From Cyanobacteria bacterium P01_A01_bin.123 (lineage in GTDB: Bacteria; Cyanobacteriota; Cyanobacteriia; Phormidesmidales; Phormidesmidaceae), in NCBI GenBank assembly GCA_039815185.1, contig JBCBZT010000016.1:32001-96000 (forward strand): a stretch of 64,000 bases of DNA. The letters are read 5' to 3'. Below, piece by piece: positions 9,900-20,387 of this stretch; position 1 is the stretch's first letter, and the number at the start of each line of letters is the position of its first letter. The notes under the pieces are model-generated. The model ran no database searches, was not told where the DNA came from, and saw only the letters and a program-made list of their open reading frames with translations. The position numbers and the translations under genes were made by a program.

Positions 9900-11104
9900 G
9901 GCTCTTCCGAAAGACCCGTTTCAGCTGTCTGAACAAGCTCACCCAAGGGCTTGGGCGGCACATTACTCGGCAGGTTAATCAGGCGCTGTTCCAAAGACTC
10001 TGCCACGGGCAGATCCATCCTTGGACAGTCGCGGTACGGGGCAAGACGGTGCATTAATCTCCAAACCGGGCGGGTCATGAGACCGGCATCATTCGTTGCG
10101 CTCAAGATGGTATCTCGCTCAGCAGCCAGACTGGGAGACAACTGTAGCGTTTGGAGCCAATAGTTGCTGTGGCAACCAGGGGGTTCCTGAACAATCTCAA
10201 CGCCTGGAATCCCCTGAAATGCCGAGTGATAGGCTGCAAACAGCGATCGCTTCGTGGCTAAAAAACCAGGCAGTTGCTCTAACTGGGCACACCCTAAAGC
10301 CGCATTGATATTAGGCATTCGGTAGTTGTAACCCACTTCATCATGAACATAATCCCAGCGGTGGGGCACTTTGGCCGTTGTAGTGAGATGCTTAGCCCGC
10401 TTCGCCAATACTGCATCATTCGTCAGAATGGCACCGCCACCGCCGGTCGTGAGTGTCTTATTACCGTTGAAGCTTAAGGTGCCCATTAACCCAAAGGTGC
10501 CCGTATGCTGACCGTGATAGTAACTGCCCAGGGATTCTGCGGCATCTTCAATTAGGGCTAGGTGCCAATCTTGCGCGACTGCTAGCAACCCATCTAGGTC
10601 AACTGGATGGCCAAAGGTGTGCATGGGCATTAACACCCGGATTACTCGACCCGTATGCCGATTGAGGCACAGACCGTTGCTAACTTCTGCGATCGCTTTT
10701 AGATACGCTCGCAACGCTTCGGGATCTATACCCAGCGTTGTGGGCTCACTATCGACAAAATGTGGAATTGCACCACAATAGGCTACTGCATTAGCCGTTG
10801 CCACAAACGTTAGCGCTGGGACTAAAACCTCATCTCCAGGCTGAACCCCTGTCAAACGTAAGGCCACATGGAGTGCAGCAGTGCCATTCACCACCGCAAC
10901 AGCATGGCGAGCGCCAGTGTAAGCCGCTAGCTCAGCTTCAAATCGATCAACAAATGGCCCGACCGACGAAACAAACGTAGAATCTAAGCACTCCTTCAGA
11001 TACGCCCACTCTCGACCTGCAAACTGTGGAATATGAAGTGGAACAGGCTCTACCCCAACTACCTTCTGGAGAGCGCCAACAATAGACCTAACAGATGTAC
11101 TCAA
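9896..11104 (-). CDS. legC: LegC-type PLP aminotransferase (DegT family)
   Basis: FVSSVG, EDAAESLGS, SFNGNK, GYNYRMPNINAALG. Confidence 0.88.
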   Translation of the reverse strand: MSTSVRSIVGALQKVVGVEPVPLHIPQFAGREWAYLKECLDSTFVSSVGPFVDRFEAELAAYTGARHAVAVVNGTAALHVALRLTGVQPGDEVLVPALTFVATANAVAYCGAIPHFVDSEPTTLGIDPEALRAYLKAIAEVSNGLCLNRHTGRVIRVLMPMHTFGHPVDLDGLLAVAQDWHLALIEDAAESLGSYYHGQHTGTFGLMGTLSFNGNKTLTTGGGGAILTNDAVLAKRAKHLTTTAKVPHRWDYVHDEVGYNYRMPNINAALGCAQLEQLPGFLATKRSLFAAYHSAFQGIPGVEIVQEPPGCHSNYWLQTLQLSPSLAAERDTILSATNDAGLMTRPVWRLMHRLAPYRDCPRMDLPVAESLEQRLINLPSNVPPKPLGELVQTAETGLSEEP

Positions 11105-12099
11105 AGGTTATAAATATCTGCCTTATAAGCAGCTAGATTATCAGGATTGCTGAACCACGCCACGGTTTCCTTAAGCCCGTTACGAAATCCTGCCAACCCG
11201 CCATACTGGGGAATCCACCCCAGTAGAGACTTAGCCTTATCATTGGAGGCCCACAATCGATCGACTTCGCTTTTTTCAGGACGTAGCCGTTGCTCATCAG
11301 TGAGAATTTCAATGTCAACCTCCATGACCTCAGCAATCGTTTGGGCCGTTTCACCGATAGAGATTTCAAAATTGCTGCCAATATTGATCACCTCCCCGAC
11401 TGCTGCCTCAGATTTAAGGGCTGCAATGAATCCAGCTACAGTGTCAGCCACATAGTTAAAGTCTCGGGTCGGATGAATTGCCCCAAGTTTGATCTGACGT
11501 TTTCCGTTGGCAATTTGGGTGATGATTGTGGGAATCACGGCGCGAGCCGATTGTCTCGGGCCATAGGTATTAAAGGGCCGAATGATGCTAACCGGGACAC
11601 CAAAGGACGTATAAAAAGACATCGCCAGTTGGTCTGCCCCAATCTTACTGGCGGAATAGGGAGATTGTCCCTGAAGTGGATGCTGCTCGGTGATTGGCAC
11701 AAACTGGGCTGTTCCATATACTTCACTCGTGGAAGTTTGAACCACCTTACTGACCCCGAGATCTCGAGCCGCTTGCACCACGTTCAATGTGCCTTTGATA
11801 TTGGTGTCAATGTAGGTGTCAGGAGAATGATAAGAATAGGGTATGGCAATCAGTGCAGCCAGATGCAGCACGGCATCACAACCCTGCATCGCCGAACGGA
11901 CGCCATTGGGGTCACGAATGTCTCCGGCAAACACCTCAAAGTGCTCCTTGACATCTTCAACACAGCGATCGAGCCAGCCCCAAGAGTTGAAGGAGTTATA
12001 AAGTACAAAAGCCCGAACATCGTAGCCCTGACGCACCAGAGCTTCAGTCAAATGGGAGCCAATAAAGCCGTCAGAGCCAGTCACTAAAAGTTTTTGCAA
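11101..12099 (-). CDS. legB: LegB-type NDP-GlcNAc 4,6-dehydratase
   Basis: TGSDGFIGSHL, YNSFNSWGWLD, LIAIPYSY, YSASK; TTG start. Confidence 0.88.
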   Translation of the reverse strand: MQKLLVTGSDGFIGSHLTEALVRQGYDVRAFVLYNSFNSWGWLDRCVEDVKEHFEVFAGDIRDPNGVRSAMQGCDAVLHLAALIAIPYSYHSPDTYIDTNIKGTLNVVQAARDLGVSKVVQTSTSEVYGTAQFVPITEQHPLQGQSPYSASKIGADQLAMSFYTSFGVPVSIIRPFNTYGPRQSARAVIPTIITQIANGKRQIKLGAIHPTRDFNYVADTVAGFIAALKSEAAVGEVINIGSNFEISIGETAQTIAEVMEVDIEILTDEQRLRPEKSEVDRLWASNDKAKSLLGWIPQYGGLAGFRNGLKETVAWFSNPDNLAAYKADIYNL

Positions 12100-12162
12100 G
12101 GTAAATACGACCCAATTTAAAGTCAGTCAAGTGAATCAACAGCTTTTGCAAATGGACAGAGA

Positions 12163-12858
12163 CTAACCAGCATAAGCATTAGCTTTTGCATATGCATCAG
12201 GCATTCCGATATCAATGAAAAAGTCTGTATTTTCGTAGGTATAAATCTGCCCAACGAAGTTAGGCAGCACATCGGTGCTGAAGTCTTTCACTGTGGGCAG
12301 TTTGGCCTTGAGTAACGTCATGAATTGAGCAGAGAGTAGATAGATAGCACCGTTGGCTAGGTTGCTTGGCGGAGAAGCAACTTTTTCATGAAAACCAATG
12401 ACAATGCCTTCGGCATCGAGTTCCACAATGCCGCAAGTTGAAGGAGTTTCGGTACGAAAAGTCATCATCGTCAAGAGGCATTGGGAGGGACGCCGCCGAT
12501 GAGCTTCTACAAAAGCTGGGAAGTTTGCCAAACAATAATTGTCGGCATGGATCAGTAACCCATCTTCACCATTGAAAAAGCTTAGGTTGGCCATCAAAGT
12601 CCCTGCCGTTCCTAACAACATGGGCTCATGGCTCAGCGCTACCTTATCTTGATACGCACTCGCGGCAATAAACTCCTTAACCTGATCCGCTAAATAGTGC
12701 GTATTGACCAGAAATGGCCCTAATCCAGCTTGGGTGAGAGTGTTGAGCCAAATCTCCAATAGCGGTCGGCCTTTGATCGGCACTAAACATTTAGGAATAG
12801 TATTCGTCAAAGGCCTAAGACGAGTCCCGTAACCTGCTGCTAGTAAAAGAGCACGCAT
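12163..12858 (-). CDS. Sugar-1-phosphate nucleotidyltransferase (HddC-like)
   Basis: LAAGYGTRLRPLT..PK, LGTAG, FIDIG. Confidence 0.85.
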   Translation of the reverse strand: MRALLLAAGYGTRLRPLTNTIPKCLVPIKGRPLLEIWLNTLTQAGLGPFLVNTHYLADQVKEFIAASAYQDKVALSHEPMLLGTAGTLMANLSFFNGEDGLLIHADNYCLANFPAFVEAHRRRPSQCLLTMMTFRTETPSTCGIVELDAEGIVIGFHEKVASPPSNLANGAIYLLSAQFMTLLKAKLPTVKDFSTDVLPNFVGQIYTYENTDFFIDIGMPDAYAKANAYAG

Positions 12859-14285
12859 TAGGTCAGTTCCTGTATCAACTCATCCCGCTTTACAGACTGG
12901 TTACCCACTCGCCCGACTTGAATAGCAGCAGCTAATGACCCCAGACAAGCTGCTTCCCAAATCGTGCCGCCACTGGCCAATGTTAGGGCGCTAGCCATCA
13001 GTAGTGAGTCACCAGCACCAGCCACGTCTTTGGGGGCAGAGTTGAGAGCTCCAATGCGATCGGTGAGCCAGCTATCTTGAGCGCCTGCATGGATCAGGAG
13101 TCCTTCTTCGCCTAATGTCATAAAAACATTCTGAGCAGAGGCTTTTCGGCGCAGTTGCTCTGCCAACACGACTAGGCCATCCTCTGAGTTCCGGGTGCCC
13201 AGGCGAGCCTCTCGCTCAGTCGGCGTGATTAAATTCATCCCTTGAAAACGACTGATGTCTCCCACTTGGGAAGACGACTGGCTGTCAGCGACCATCATCA
13301 CGCCTTGAGCTTTTGCCAGCTTACTAATGTGATCTACTGCCGATTGGGGTAAGCAACCATAATTGAAATCGGAGAAAACTAGTAGATCCGCATCTGCTAG
13401 AGCAACTTCTAGGTACTCTAGAAGTTGGGTTTGGAGGCTAGAGTTGATGGCTCCTTGGTGGAGATGACTAACCCTCAATAAAGTTTTTCCCTTACTGCGA
13501 AACCGTTGTTTGAGAGTAGTCGGGCGGCTGTCATCAAGCAATAGATGGGCATCAACTTGAACAGCAGCAAGACCAGCTTCAGCAAAATCTCGAGCATCAT
13601 CACCCCCAGTAACAGATACATACTTTACCTGGGCTCCCAGCCCGGCACCATGGGCTGCCACAATCCCTGAGCCCCCTACAAAACGGGTGGAGTCTACAGG
13701 TGTGACAACAATGGTTGGATCTTCCTGGGACATGCCCAAGGGCTGACAAGTTATATATTCGTCGATAATCAAGTCACCTACAACGCAGACCTTAAGGGTG
13801 GAAAATTTTTGGACTAAGTCCCCTAATCTACAGGGGGTAATGTGGTGACGTTCGAGATAATCTCCCGGGAGATGAATAGTTTGGAGATTGGACTCATAGA
13901 ATTCCTTGCGGAGGAGATCAACCGAGGAAAAGGTGGTTTCGCCAGAACTAAACAGTAGGCGACCACCATACTCTTCAAGGACTTCCCGTTCAGGGTTGAA
14001 ACGAGTTTCGTGTTCTTTGCCTTTGACAACAATATCAGGACGAAAACGTTTGATAAATATAGGAACAGGTTCATCAATGAGCAACGTTTCATCTACCCAG
14101 CTATTGCTTCGTACGCCCTCTAATCGAAAATGTTGGGGCATATGGGCGGCTTCAGCAGCAATGGAGTCAGAGTACACACCGACGGTTAAATGATCACCAC
14201 ACTCTTTGGCAAAGCGCAATAGACGCAGATGGCCTGGATGGAGGATGTTGAATGAACCGGTAACGAGAACTTTAACGAAGGGCAT
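12858..14285 (-). CDS. Bifunctional cytidylyltransferase-like + PfkB kinase (HldE-like, reversed domain order)
   Basis: N-terminal GSFNILHPGH (HxGH); C-terminal VGDLIIDEY and DVAGAGD ribokinase signature. Confidence 0.85.
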   Translation of the reverse strand: MPFVKVLVTGSFNILHPGHLRLLRFAKECGDHLTVGVYSDSIAAEAAHMPQHFRLEGVRSNSWVDETLLIDEPVPIFIKRFRPDIVVKGKEHETRFNPEREVLEEYGGRLLFSSGETTFSSVDLLRKEFYESNLQTIHLPGDYLERHHITPCRLGDLVQKFSTLKVCVVGDLIIDEYITCQPLGMSQEDPTIVVTPVDSTRFVGGSGIVAAHGAGLGAQVKYVSVTGGDDARDFAEAGLAAVQVDAHLLLDDSRPTTLKQRFRSKGKTLLRVSHLHQGAINSSLQTQLLEYLEVALADADLLVFSDFNYGCLPQSAVDHISKLAKAQGVMMVADSQSSSQVGDISRFQGMNLITPTEREARLGTRNSEDGLVVLAEQLRRKASAQNVFMTLGEEGLLIHAGAQDSWLTDRIGALNSAPKDVAGAGDSLLMASALTLASGGTIWEAACLGSLAAAIQVGRVGNQSVKRDELIQELT

Positions 14286-14303
14286 AAAAGCAGCGTATAG
14301 GCG

Positions 14304-15539
14304 TTAAGCAAGAAATTTGTCTCCCATTGAGCGGAGCCAGGTAGCCCCAGCCCTAGCTTCGGGATGAATCCAGCCATGGTACTTATGAAAGTCTGGATGG
14401 GACTTAAGGATTTCCCAAAATTGTAGATTACGCCTCAGATCATCCTCTGTATCTACCCATGTTCCTTGAATACGCTGCCATCGTTCTTGTACAGCCGCCA
14501 AAATTTCTTCCGGGGTCAAATCAATGATTTCAATATCAGCATGATCGTAATTATTAGTATGAAAATAGCTGTGCGCTAAATACTCTCGCCAAGTAAGAGA
14601 AATTCCTGATGATTTCCATGTCAGACTTTTAGATAGATGCATGGCATTACTCCATGACCACAACCTAGATAATGGTAGGAAGTTTAAAAATAGTATAGGC
14701 TTGCGATAGCTACTGCTGATTGTATCTGGCCCGCTCCCTGTAGAAATGCACAAATCACAATTAGCAAATAACCAAATATCTAGAAAGTCACTTCTATCCG
14801 GAAGAAAAGCATAATCAATAATCCGAGGATGATCACTGGGAATGGGTTGAGCCATAATTTTGCCCATTCTTAGAACCCATACTCCTCGCTCCGCCAACCA
14901 TTCTGCAGCGGGAACATAGGTTTCAATATTTGAATTACGGTAGTCGTGGTAGCTCCAATTAGAACCTTTCAATAGAGGATCGGCATCCAAATATGCATTG
15001 TCTCGCACATTCAAACAAATGAATGGCTCACCAACTCGCCACCCTAGTTTAGAGAGCCAATCTTTAGCTTTGATATCTTCTTCAGGAAGAAAGGGAAGCT
15101 TAGCTTTATTCCGTTCTAAGAAGCCATAAATATCGAGAGAGTCAGTAGTTGTTGAAGGGCGGTAATGTATGCTTCCACCAGGCAATATTTGATTCCATTC
15201 ACTTAAAGGTTGCACCCACGGATAAACTGCAAAATTCCGACGCACCATCTTTGCCCAGAAATCATTGCAGGTAGGTTGATCTAGCCAGTACAAGTCTAAA
15301 TACTCTTTAGCTTGCTGATGAAGCGTTGCCCATCGAATGCAAGTATCAGCAGTAAAGTGCCCGATACGATCACTCCGGATTGTACCCAGACGGATAACGT
15401 ACCAAGGGCGAAGAAAGCGGATAAGCAGGACACCTGGTATACACCATGAGGCATTGAGAAGCGCAAGAAATGACCTGAGAACTTTATTCCGTAATCCTGA
15501 CCAACCTTTTTGCCGGAATTTGTGAATAATTTTGTACAT
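14304..15539 (-). CDS. Putative glycosyltransferase (TIGR04372-like)
   Basis: DRIGH, CLNVRD, HDYRNS, VLRMG, DIWL, TGSGPD, as recalled for this family. Confidence 0.75.
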   Translation of the reverse strand: MYKIIHKFRQKGWSGLRNKVLRSFLALLNASWCIPGVLLIRFLRPWYVIRLGTIRSDRIGHFTADTCIRWATLHQQAKEYLDLYWLDQPTCNDFWAKMVRRNFAVYPWVQPLSEWNQILPGGSIHYRPSTTTDSLDIYGFLERNKAKLPFLPEEDIKAKDWLSKLGWRVGEPFICLNVRDNAYLDADPLLKGSNWSYHDYRNSNIETYVPAAEWLAERGVWVLRMGKIMAQPIPSDHPRIIDYAFLPDRSDFLDIWLFANCDLCISTGSGPDTISSSYRKPILFLNFLPLSRLWSWSNAMHLSKSLTWKSSGISLTWREYLAHSYFHTNNYDHADIEIIDLTPEEILAAVQERWQRIQGTWVDTEDDLRRNLQFWEILKSHPDFHKYHGWIHPEARAGATWLRSMGDKFLA

Positions 15540-15557
15540 AAGGCTGTCTGAATTTGA

Positions 15558-16703
15558 TCACGCAGCCTTATGTACAAAACTTAAATATTGCTGACCACGC
15601 CCCCACCATTGGGGAAAATGACTTAGTTCTCGATCGAGTGGAACACCATCCTGGAGCCATTGAGATGCCTCAACAATAGCCTTTGCAGTGTCAGGTGCAA
15701 ACGTCATGACTACGGAAGAAATCTCATCCATGAGATCAAACATTGACTGCCACTTAGAAGCATCTCCATGTTGAATTTGACTCATGAGTTCCCAACTCCT
15801 GGCACAAACAGCTTCCAGCTCCTTTCCAAATTCAACTGATTGAGGCGCGAAGACATAGCGATAATCAATAAGATTTAAATTAGATTTGTAATAACAAGTC
15901 AAAGCATTCTGATTATGTTTTCTCTCCTCACCTATGATCTCTTTATACCATCGCCAATCTGTTATAAATCGAGGTGAAGACCCGTATAAATCGTACTCAT
16001 CATTCAGTGTTGCAATAACATCGGGAATACTTAACAATTTTCTTCCCTGCAAAGGTTGCAGTATATTATCTACGATCCAGTCGTCAATGGGACGACTCAT
16101 CCCCTTAAGATTTGACAAATGAGAAGCAAATAAGGGTTTCAAATTTTCTAGAGCTTGATCGAGATCTAAAGAAGAAATACCAGATGGGAAATATACATTC
16201 AAAATGAGACGACGTATTGTTTCTGAGAGATAAGAAATGGCATTGCTAGTGGTACAAACAAAAAGTCCACCTTTCCTAGAAAAGCTTGCAAGGTGTTTTA
16301 GTATAGTTATAGGATTATTTTGATGAGGGATGCAGCCTTCAGCCCAAATAATGTCAAACTTGTCTGTAATAGAGTAATCTAAAAATAAAGACTTAAAAAT
16401 ATGAAAGTCTCGAAATCCAAACCCTGAAAGTAGCTCTTGAGTTTGCTTTATACCCAAAGGGTTTCCTTCAACCAAGTAGTATTTCTGAGGTTTCAGAGAT
16501 GCCATGTAAGTCGAGTTATGTCCTGAGCCAGGACCAAACTCAATCACATTTACCCCTCGAACAAAATTTGGCAGAATTCCCAAGCTTCGAAACAAAGATT
16601 CTCGTCTTTGAAAATGCTTTTCTAAGTCCGAGATGTCTTGAGAAACTGGAGATATATTATTCTTGGAGTAAAAAGTAACAAACGATTCAGTTTTATCTTG
16701 CAT
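15558..16703 (-). CDS. Class I SAM-dependent methyltransferase
   Basis: VIEFGPGSG motif I, FDIIWAEG. Confidence 0.8.
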   Translation of the reverse strand: MQDKTESFVTFYSKNNISPVSQDISDLEKHFQRRESLFRSLGILPNFVRGVNVIEFGPGSGHNSTYMASLKPQKYYLVEGNPLGIKQTQELLSGFGFRDFHIFKSLFLDYSITDKFDIIWAEGCIPHQNNPITILKHLASFSRKGGLFVCTTSNAISYLSETIRRLILNVYFPSGISSLDLDQALENLKPLFASHLSNLKGMSRPIDDWIVDNILQPLQGRKLLSIPDVIATLNDEYDLYGSSPRFITDWRWYKEIIGEERKHNQNALTCYYKSNLNLIDYRYVFAPQSVEFGKELEAVCARSWELMSQIQHGDASKWQSMFDLMDEISSVVMTFAPDTAKAIVEASQWLQDGVPLDRELSHFPQWWGRGQQYLSFVHKAA

Positions 16704-17409
16704 TGGGGTGTCTTAGATCGAGAAGATTTCTAGCAAGACTCTCTTGCCCAACTAGTGAAAGGCCACCATCTAGCAAAAAAGACCTTCCTGTGATGAAAGA
16801 TGATCTTTCACTACACAGAAAATCGACTAGATTGGCGATGTCTTGAGAATTACCCATCCTTCCTAGTGGAGTAATGCGTTCTATAAGATTACGCACTTCG
16901 TTGTCTTCGGAGTAGAAAGCTTCATTTTCAGGTTTAATCACGGTAGAGGGAAGGACACAATTAAAGCGAATTTTACTTTTCCCATAAACAACCGCATAGT
17001 ATCTAGTCAATGCTTCTAAACTTGCTCGTGAAGCATGATATGCCGCGGGCTGCTCATCAAAAACAAAAAAACCTGCGACAGATCCGATAATTACAACAGA
17101 CGCATCATTACGAAAATTCGGCCTTAGAGCATCAAATATGACATTTATAGCCTTAACTGTAATTTGAAATTCTTCATCCCATTCGGTACCACGATATCGA
17201 TGGGTAAAAACGAGATAATTGAAATCAAAACTGATTGCATCACTTAGAGTCTGGATATCATCTAATGATATATCAAACTTAATGTGGTTCTCGTCCTTTA
17301 GATCTCTTCTTGAAACTGTATGGACGCGATCACCTCGCTTACGCAACTGATCAACAATTGTTTTACCAATGCCCCTTGTCCCGCCAATAACTACACTATT
17401 AGTTGGCAT
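16693..17409 (-). CDS. SDR oxidoreductase
   Basis: GGTRGIG, YHASR (YxxxK variant), TPLGRMG, DGG. Confidence 0.85.
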   Translation of the reverse strand: MPTNSVVIGGTRGIGKTIVDQLRKRGDRVHTVSRRDLKDENHIKFDISLDDIQTLSDAISFDFNYLVFTHRYRGTEWDEEFQITVKAINVIFDALRPNFRNDASVVIIGSVAGFFVFDEQPAAYHASRASLEALTRYYAVVYGKSKIRFNCVLPSTVIKPENEAFYSEDNEVRNLIERITPLGRMGNSQDIANLVDFLCSERSSFITGRSFLLDGGLSLVGQESLARNLLDLRHPNAR

Positions 17410-17426
17410 AGTTCTTCTTCTGTATC

Positions 17427-18641
17427 TTATAAGATCTCAAAATTGGGCAAAGGGACTAGTATAGCGCTGCTAAGACTCCTCGGCAGTCTCTTCAAGATTT
17501 GATCTTTATAACGCCAAGCAAGAATTATTATTGTATCAGGTGTATTTCTTTGCAATTCGGCAGAATTGCAAACCGGAATATGGAAGCCAGGACTATAGGT
17601 TCCAACTTTACCTGGGTTGTCATCTACTAAGTATGTCAAATACTTATTGAGCTGGAAGTGGGAAATCAGTGTTGTTGAAGTTGCAGAAGCGCCATAACCC
17701 ACAATAAGATGCGAAGAGTAAGCATCTAAATAGCCAATAAGCTGTTCCTGGACGACATCAATTCTGGACTGAAAGTCCCTGAAGATTTTGAGATTGATGT
17801 CGGCAGCCTGCTCGCGTTCTGTTAAAACTTTGACATTGGAAGTAACGCTCCATTTAGAGTTTTCTTTTGCCCAAAAATATCGAAGAGAGCCGCCTTTAGT
17901 CGGTACTTTTTCCAGGTGAATCAGGTGCATGCCAAACTTTTTAAAGAACTTGCTCAGCGGCAAAATCGAAAAGTAAGATAGATGCTCATGGTAGATAAAG
18001 TCAAATACCATATTGTTGATCATATCCAACAAATATGACGATTCAACAATTAAGACACCACCATCTCCTAGTACATGTTCAATGCCTGATGTGAATTCAC
18101 TGAGATCATCGATGTTTGCGAATAAGTTATTCACTGTAACTACATCGGCAAACCCATATTGATCAACGATCTTTGCTGCAAGTTCAGGACTGAAAAAGTT
18201 AGGTAGCGTCTCAATCCCACTGGCAGTCGCTTCATGAGCTGTATTGACTGAAGGTTCAACCCCCAAGACTTTGTGTCCTTTAGCTTTAAAGCTACGTAAC
18301 AATGTCCCATCATTACTGCCAATATCAATAACTAATTTCGAAGGCTCCAGTTTTAACTGCTGGCAAACGTCCTTTGCATATTGGTCGAAGTGTTTGTTTA
18401 GGCCTGAGGAACTCGTTGTGACATAAATATAGTCTCGGTAAATAATCTCAGGATCAACCACTGTATCAATCTGAACAAAGCCGCAATTCTTACAATGATG
18501 TAAGTTCAGGGGGTAAAAGCTCTGTGTTTTTTGTTCTTTAACATAGGCGTCGCAAAGGGGACTATCGCGAAGGGGTAGAACGAGTTGTAAGTCATGGCTA
18601 CCGCACAGTCGGCAAGTATCCCTTAGATAGAAATCCGGCAT
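17427..18641 (-). CDS. NDP-sugar C-methyltransferase-like protein
   Basis: CRLC...CKNC Zn site, DIGSNDG, YHEHLSYF, YGASA. Confidence 0.85.
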   Translation of the reverse strand: MPDFYLRDTCRLCGSHDLQLVLPLRDSPLCDAYVKEQKTQSFYPLNLHHCKNCGFVQIDTVVDPEIIYRDYIYVTTSSSGLNKHFDQYAKDVCQQLKLEPSKLVIDIGSNDGTLLRSFKAKGHKVLGVEPSVNTAHEATASGIETLPNFFSPELAAKIVDQYGFADVVTVNNLFANIDDLSEFTSGIEHVLGDGGVLIVESSYLLDMINNMVFDFIYHEHLSYFSILPLSKFFKKFGMHLIHLEKVPTKGGSLRYFWAKENSKWSVTSNVKVLTEREQAADINLKIFRDFQSRIDVVQEQLIGYLDAYSSHLIVGYGASATSTTLISHFQLNKYLTYLVDDNPGKVGTYSPGFHIPVCNSAELQRNTPDTIIILAWRYKDQILKRLPRSLSSAILVPLPNFEIL

Positions 18642-18644
18642 GAC

Positions 18645-19166
18645 CTATATTTTCCTAAACTGGTTTAAAAAGGTCTCAACATCGTTGATGTCTGAATCGA
18701 CGGGACTCCAGTCCGCAAAAACCGTATCTTCTCTCTGAAAGGGCCCCTTGGTAATTTCTAAAAAAACGAGCCATTCTGATTGAATGATTAGCGTATGATA
18801 TATCGCTTCTCGAATGCTTTGGTAAAACGGCTTCCCAGATCGGTAATCGCCCATGCTAATAATTTCTTTAATACCTCCATCATTATTGAAAATAATATAA
18901 TCTACCGATCCCTCAATTACTAACATAGACTCAGGCTTGTTCAAGTGTTTATGAGGACGAACATAGGCATTCTTGGGATGAACAATGACCATCTCATGAA
19001 CGATTTCCTGGGCAGACGCATGGGCACAAAAGCGAACTCGCTGACGTGGGTTTAAACTAGCAGCCTGCTTGAGCTCGAGAATACTATTCTGATTCAGAGA
19101 GAATGATGGTTCTGAAGATAGATAGACCTCTGGAGATTGCTTTTTCTGATTTGATAAATTAAGCAT
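18645..19166 (-). CDS. WbuC-family cupin
   Basis: HEM, YVRPHKH, YHT, EITKGPF. Confidence 0.8.
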   Translation of the reverse strand: MLNLSNQKKQSPEVYLSSEPSFSLNQNSILELKQAASLNPRQRVRFCAHASAQEIVHEMVIVHPKNAYVRPHKHLNKPESMLVIEGSVDYIIFNNDGGIKEIISMGDYRSGKPFYQSIREAIYHTLIIQSEWLVFLEITKGPFQREDTVFADWSPVDSDINDVETFLNQFRKI

Positions 19167-20358
19167 AAATCAGACTTTTCCAAAATTCTGGAAGATAGCG
19201 ACTGGGCGGCAAAATAGAATAGTATTTCCCTGGAGGGAGCGCTTTTCTTGTGATTACCTTATGCTCGTTCTCTGTGTTTACACCTAAAAGAAATACATAG
19301 TCTCGATATTTGGATTCATTCCAACTATTAATCTCTAAATTTGAACCTGGCACGAAAAGATCTTGCTTCTCTAGTTGGTCATCAATAAAACAATCGATTA
19401 ATTCAGAAATTCCTGTAAAATTAACAAAAGTTGAAGATCTGGCACCGCATCCGTACATTGCTATCGGTGAACCCTGGCTCGATAAAAAATGGTGTAGTTT
19501 CTGTAGATATGATTCCCAACTTGCGCCGTAGTGCTTAATTTTATCTCTATCATAATTTATGTATTTATCACTGGAAGGCTTGTTGCTCGTTTGACGTTTT
19601 TCGCAGAATACGATGAGCGCTCTGCCAGAAAAGAGGGTGACTTCATGGTGGGTAATCACCAATGAGTGCTTGTGCAATAGCTGCTTCAATGTTTTCAGTG
19701 TGAAGTAGTTGACATGTTCTTCCCACAACGCATAGTCTAAATAATCTAAATTCCATTCGCTGTCGGGAATCTCAATAACAAAAATACCTTCTTCTTTCAA
19801 GATGTGATTGACGCCTAATAAGAAGTCGTCTAAATCAACAATGTGTTCTAAGACTTGTCTGGTTGTCACCACATCAAAACTACTTGGCGTATAAAATTTA
19901 TCCGCAGTTTCCTGGCTGAAAAAGCCGTGGTATACATCAAGACCAGCTTCCAATGCCTTTTCGGAAGCATCCTTAGTGGGTTCAATTCCTGAGACCCTAG
20001 CATAGCCTCTATGCTGAAGAGCTTTTAAGAAGCTACCGTCATTGCAACCAATGTCTAAAATTCCTGAACCACTTGTTATTCCGCCAATACTCTCTAAAAT
20101 ATCGATAAGCTTAGGAACATGAGGTTGGTTTTTCCAGCTGCTAATTGTGAAGTAGTTCTCATACAAAATATCAGGATCAATAGGCTCTGTAATTTGTAAG
20201 AATCCGCAAGTTTGGCAATTCCCTAATCGGAATGGATATCTTTTGGCTTGATCTTCAGGTGCTTTAAGTAAATTGTGGACGATTGGTTGACTGCCAAAAT
20301 CAATCAGGATTTCGACAGTATCATATCCACACAAACGGCAAACCATAGGTGATTCCAA
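19159..20358 (-). CDS. Second NDP-sugar C-methyltransferase-like protein
   Basis: CRLC...CQTC, DIGCNDG, WEEHVNYF, YGCGA. Confidence 0.82.
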   Translation of the reverse strand: MESPMVCRLCGYDTVEILIDFGSQPIVHNLLKAPEDQAKRYPFRLGNCQTCGFLQITEPIDPDILYENYFTISSWKNQPHVPKLIDILESIGGITSGSGILDIGCNDGSFLKALQHRGYARVSGIEPTKDASEKALEAGLDVYHGFFSQETADKFYTPSSFDVVTTRQVLEHIVDLDDFLLGVNHILKEEGIFVIEIPDSEWNLDYLDYALWEEHVNYFTLKTLKQLLHKHSLVITHHEVTLFSGRALIVFCEKRQTSNKPSSDKYINYDRDKIKHYGASWESYLQKLHHFLSSQGSPIAMYGCGARSSTFVNFTGISELIDCFIDDQLEKQDLFVPGSNLEINSWNESKYRDYVFLLGVNTENEHKVITRKALPPGKYYSILPPSRYLPEFWKSLIYA

Positions 20359-20387
20359 GCTTATTTTGTTAAAGACTTAAAAATTAA

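Noticed and set aside
11290..12087. 265-aa plus-strand ORF
   Set aside because: Antisense shadow of legB with no recognisable motifs
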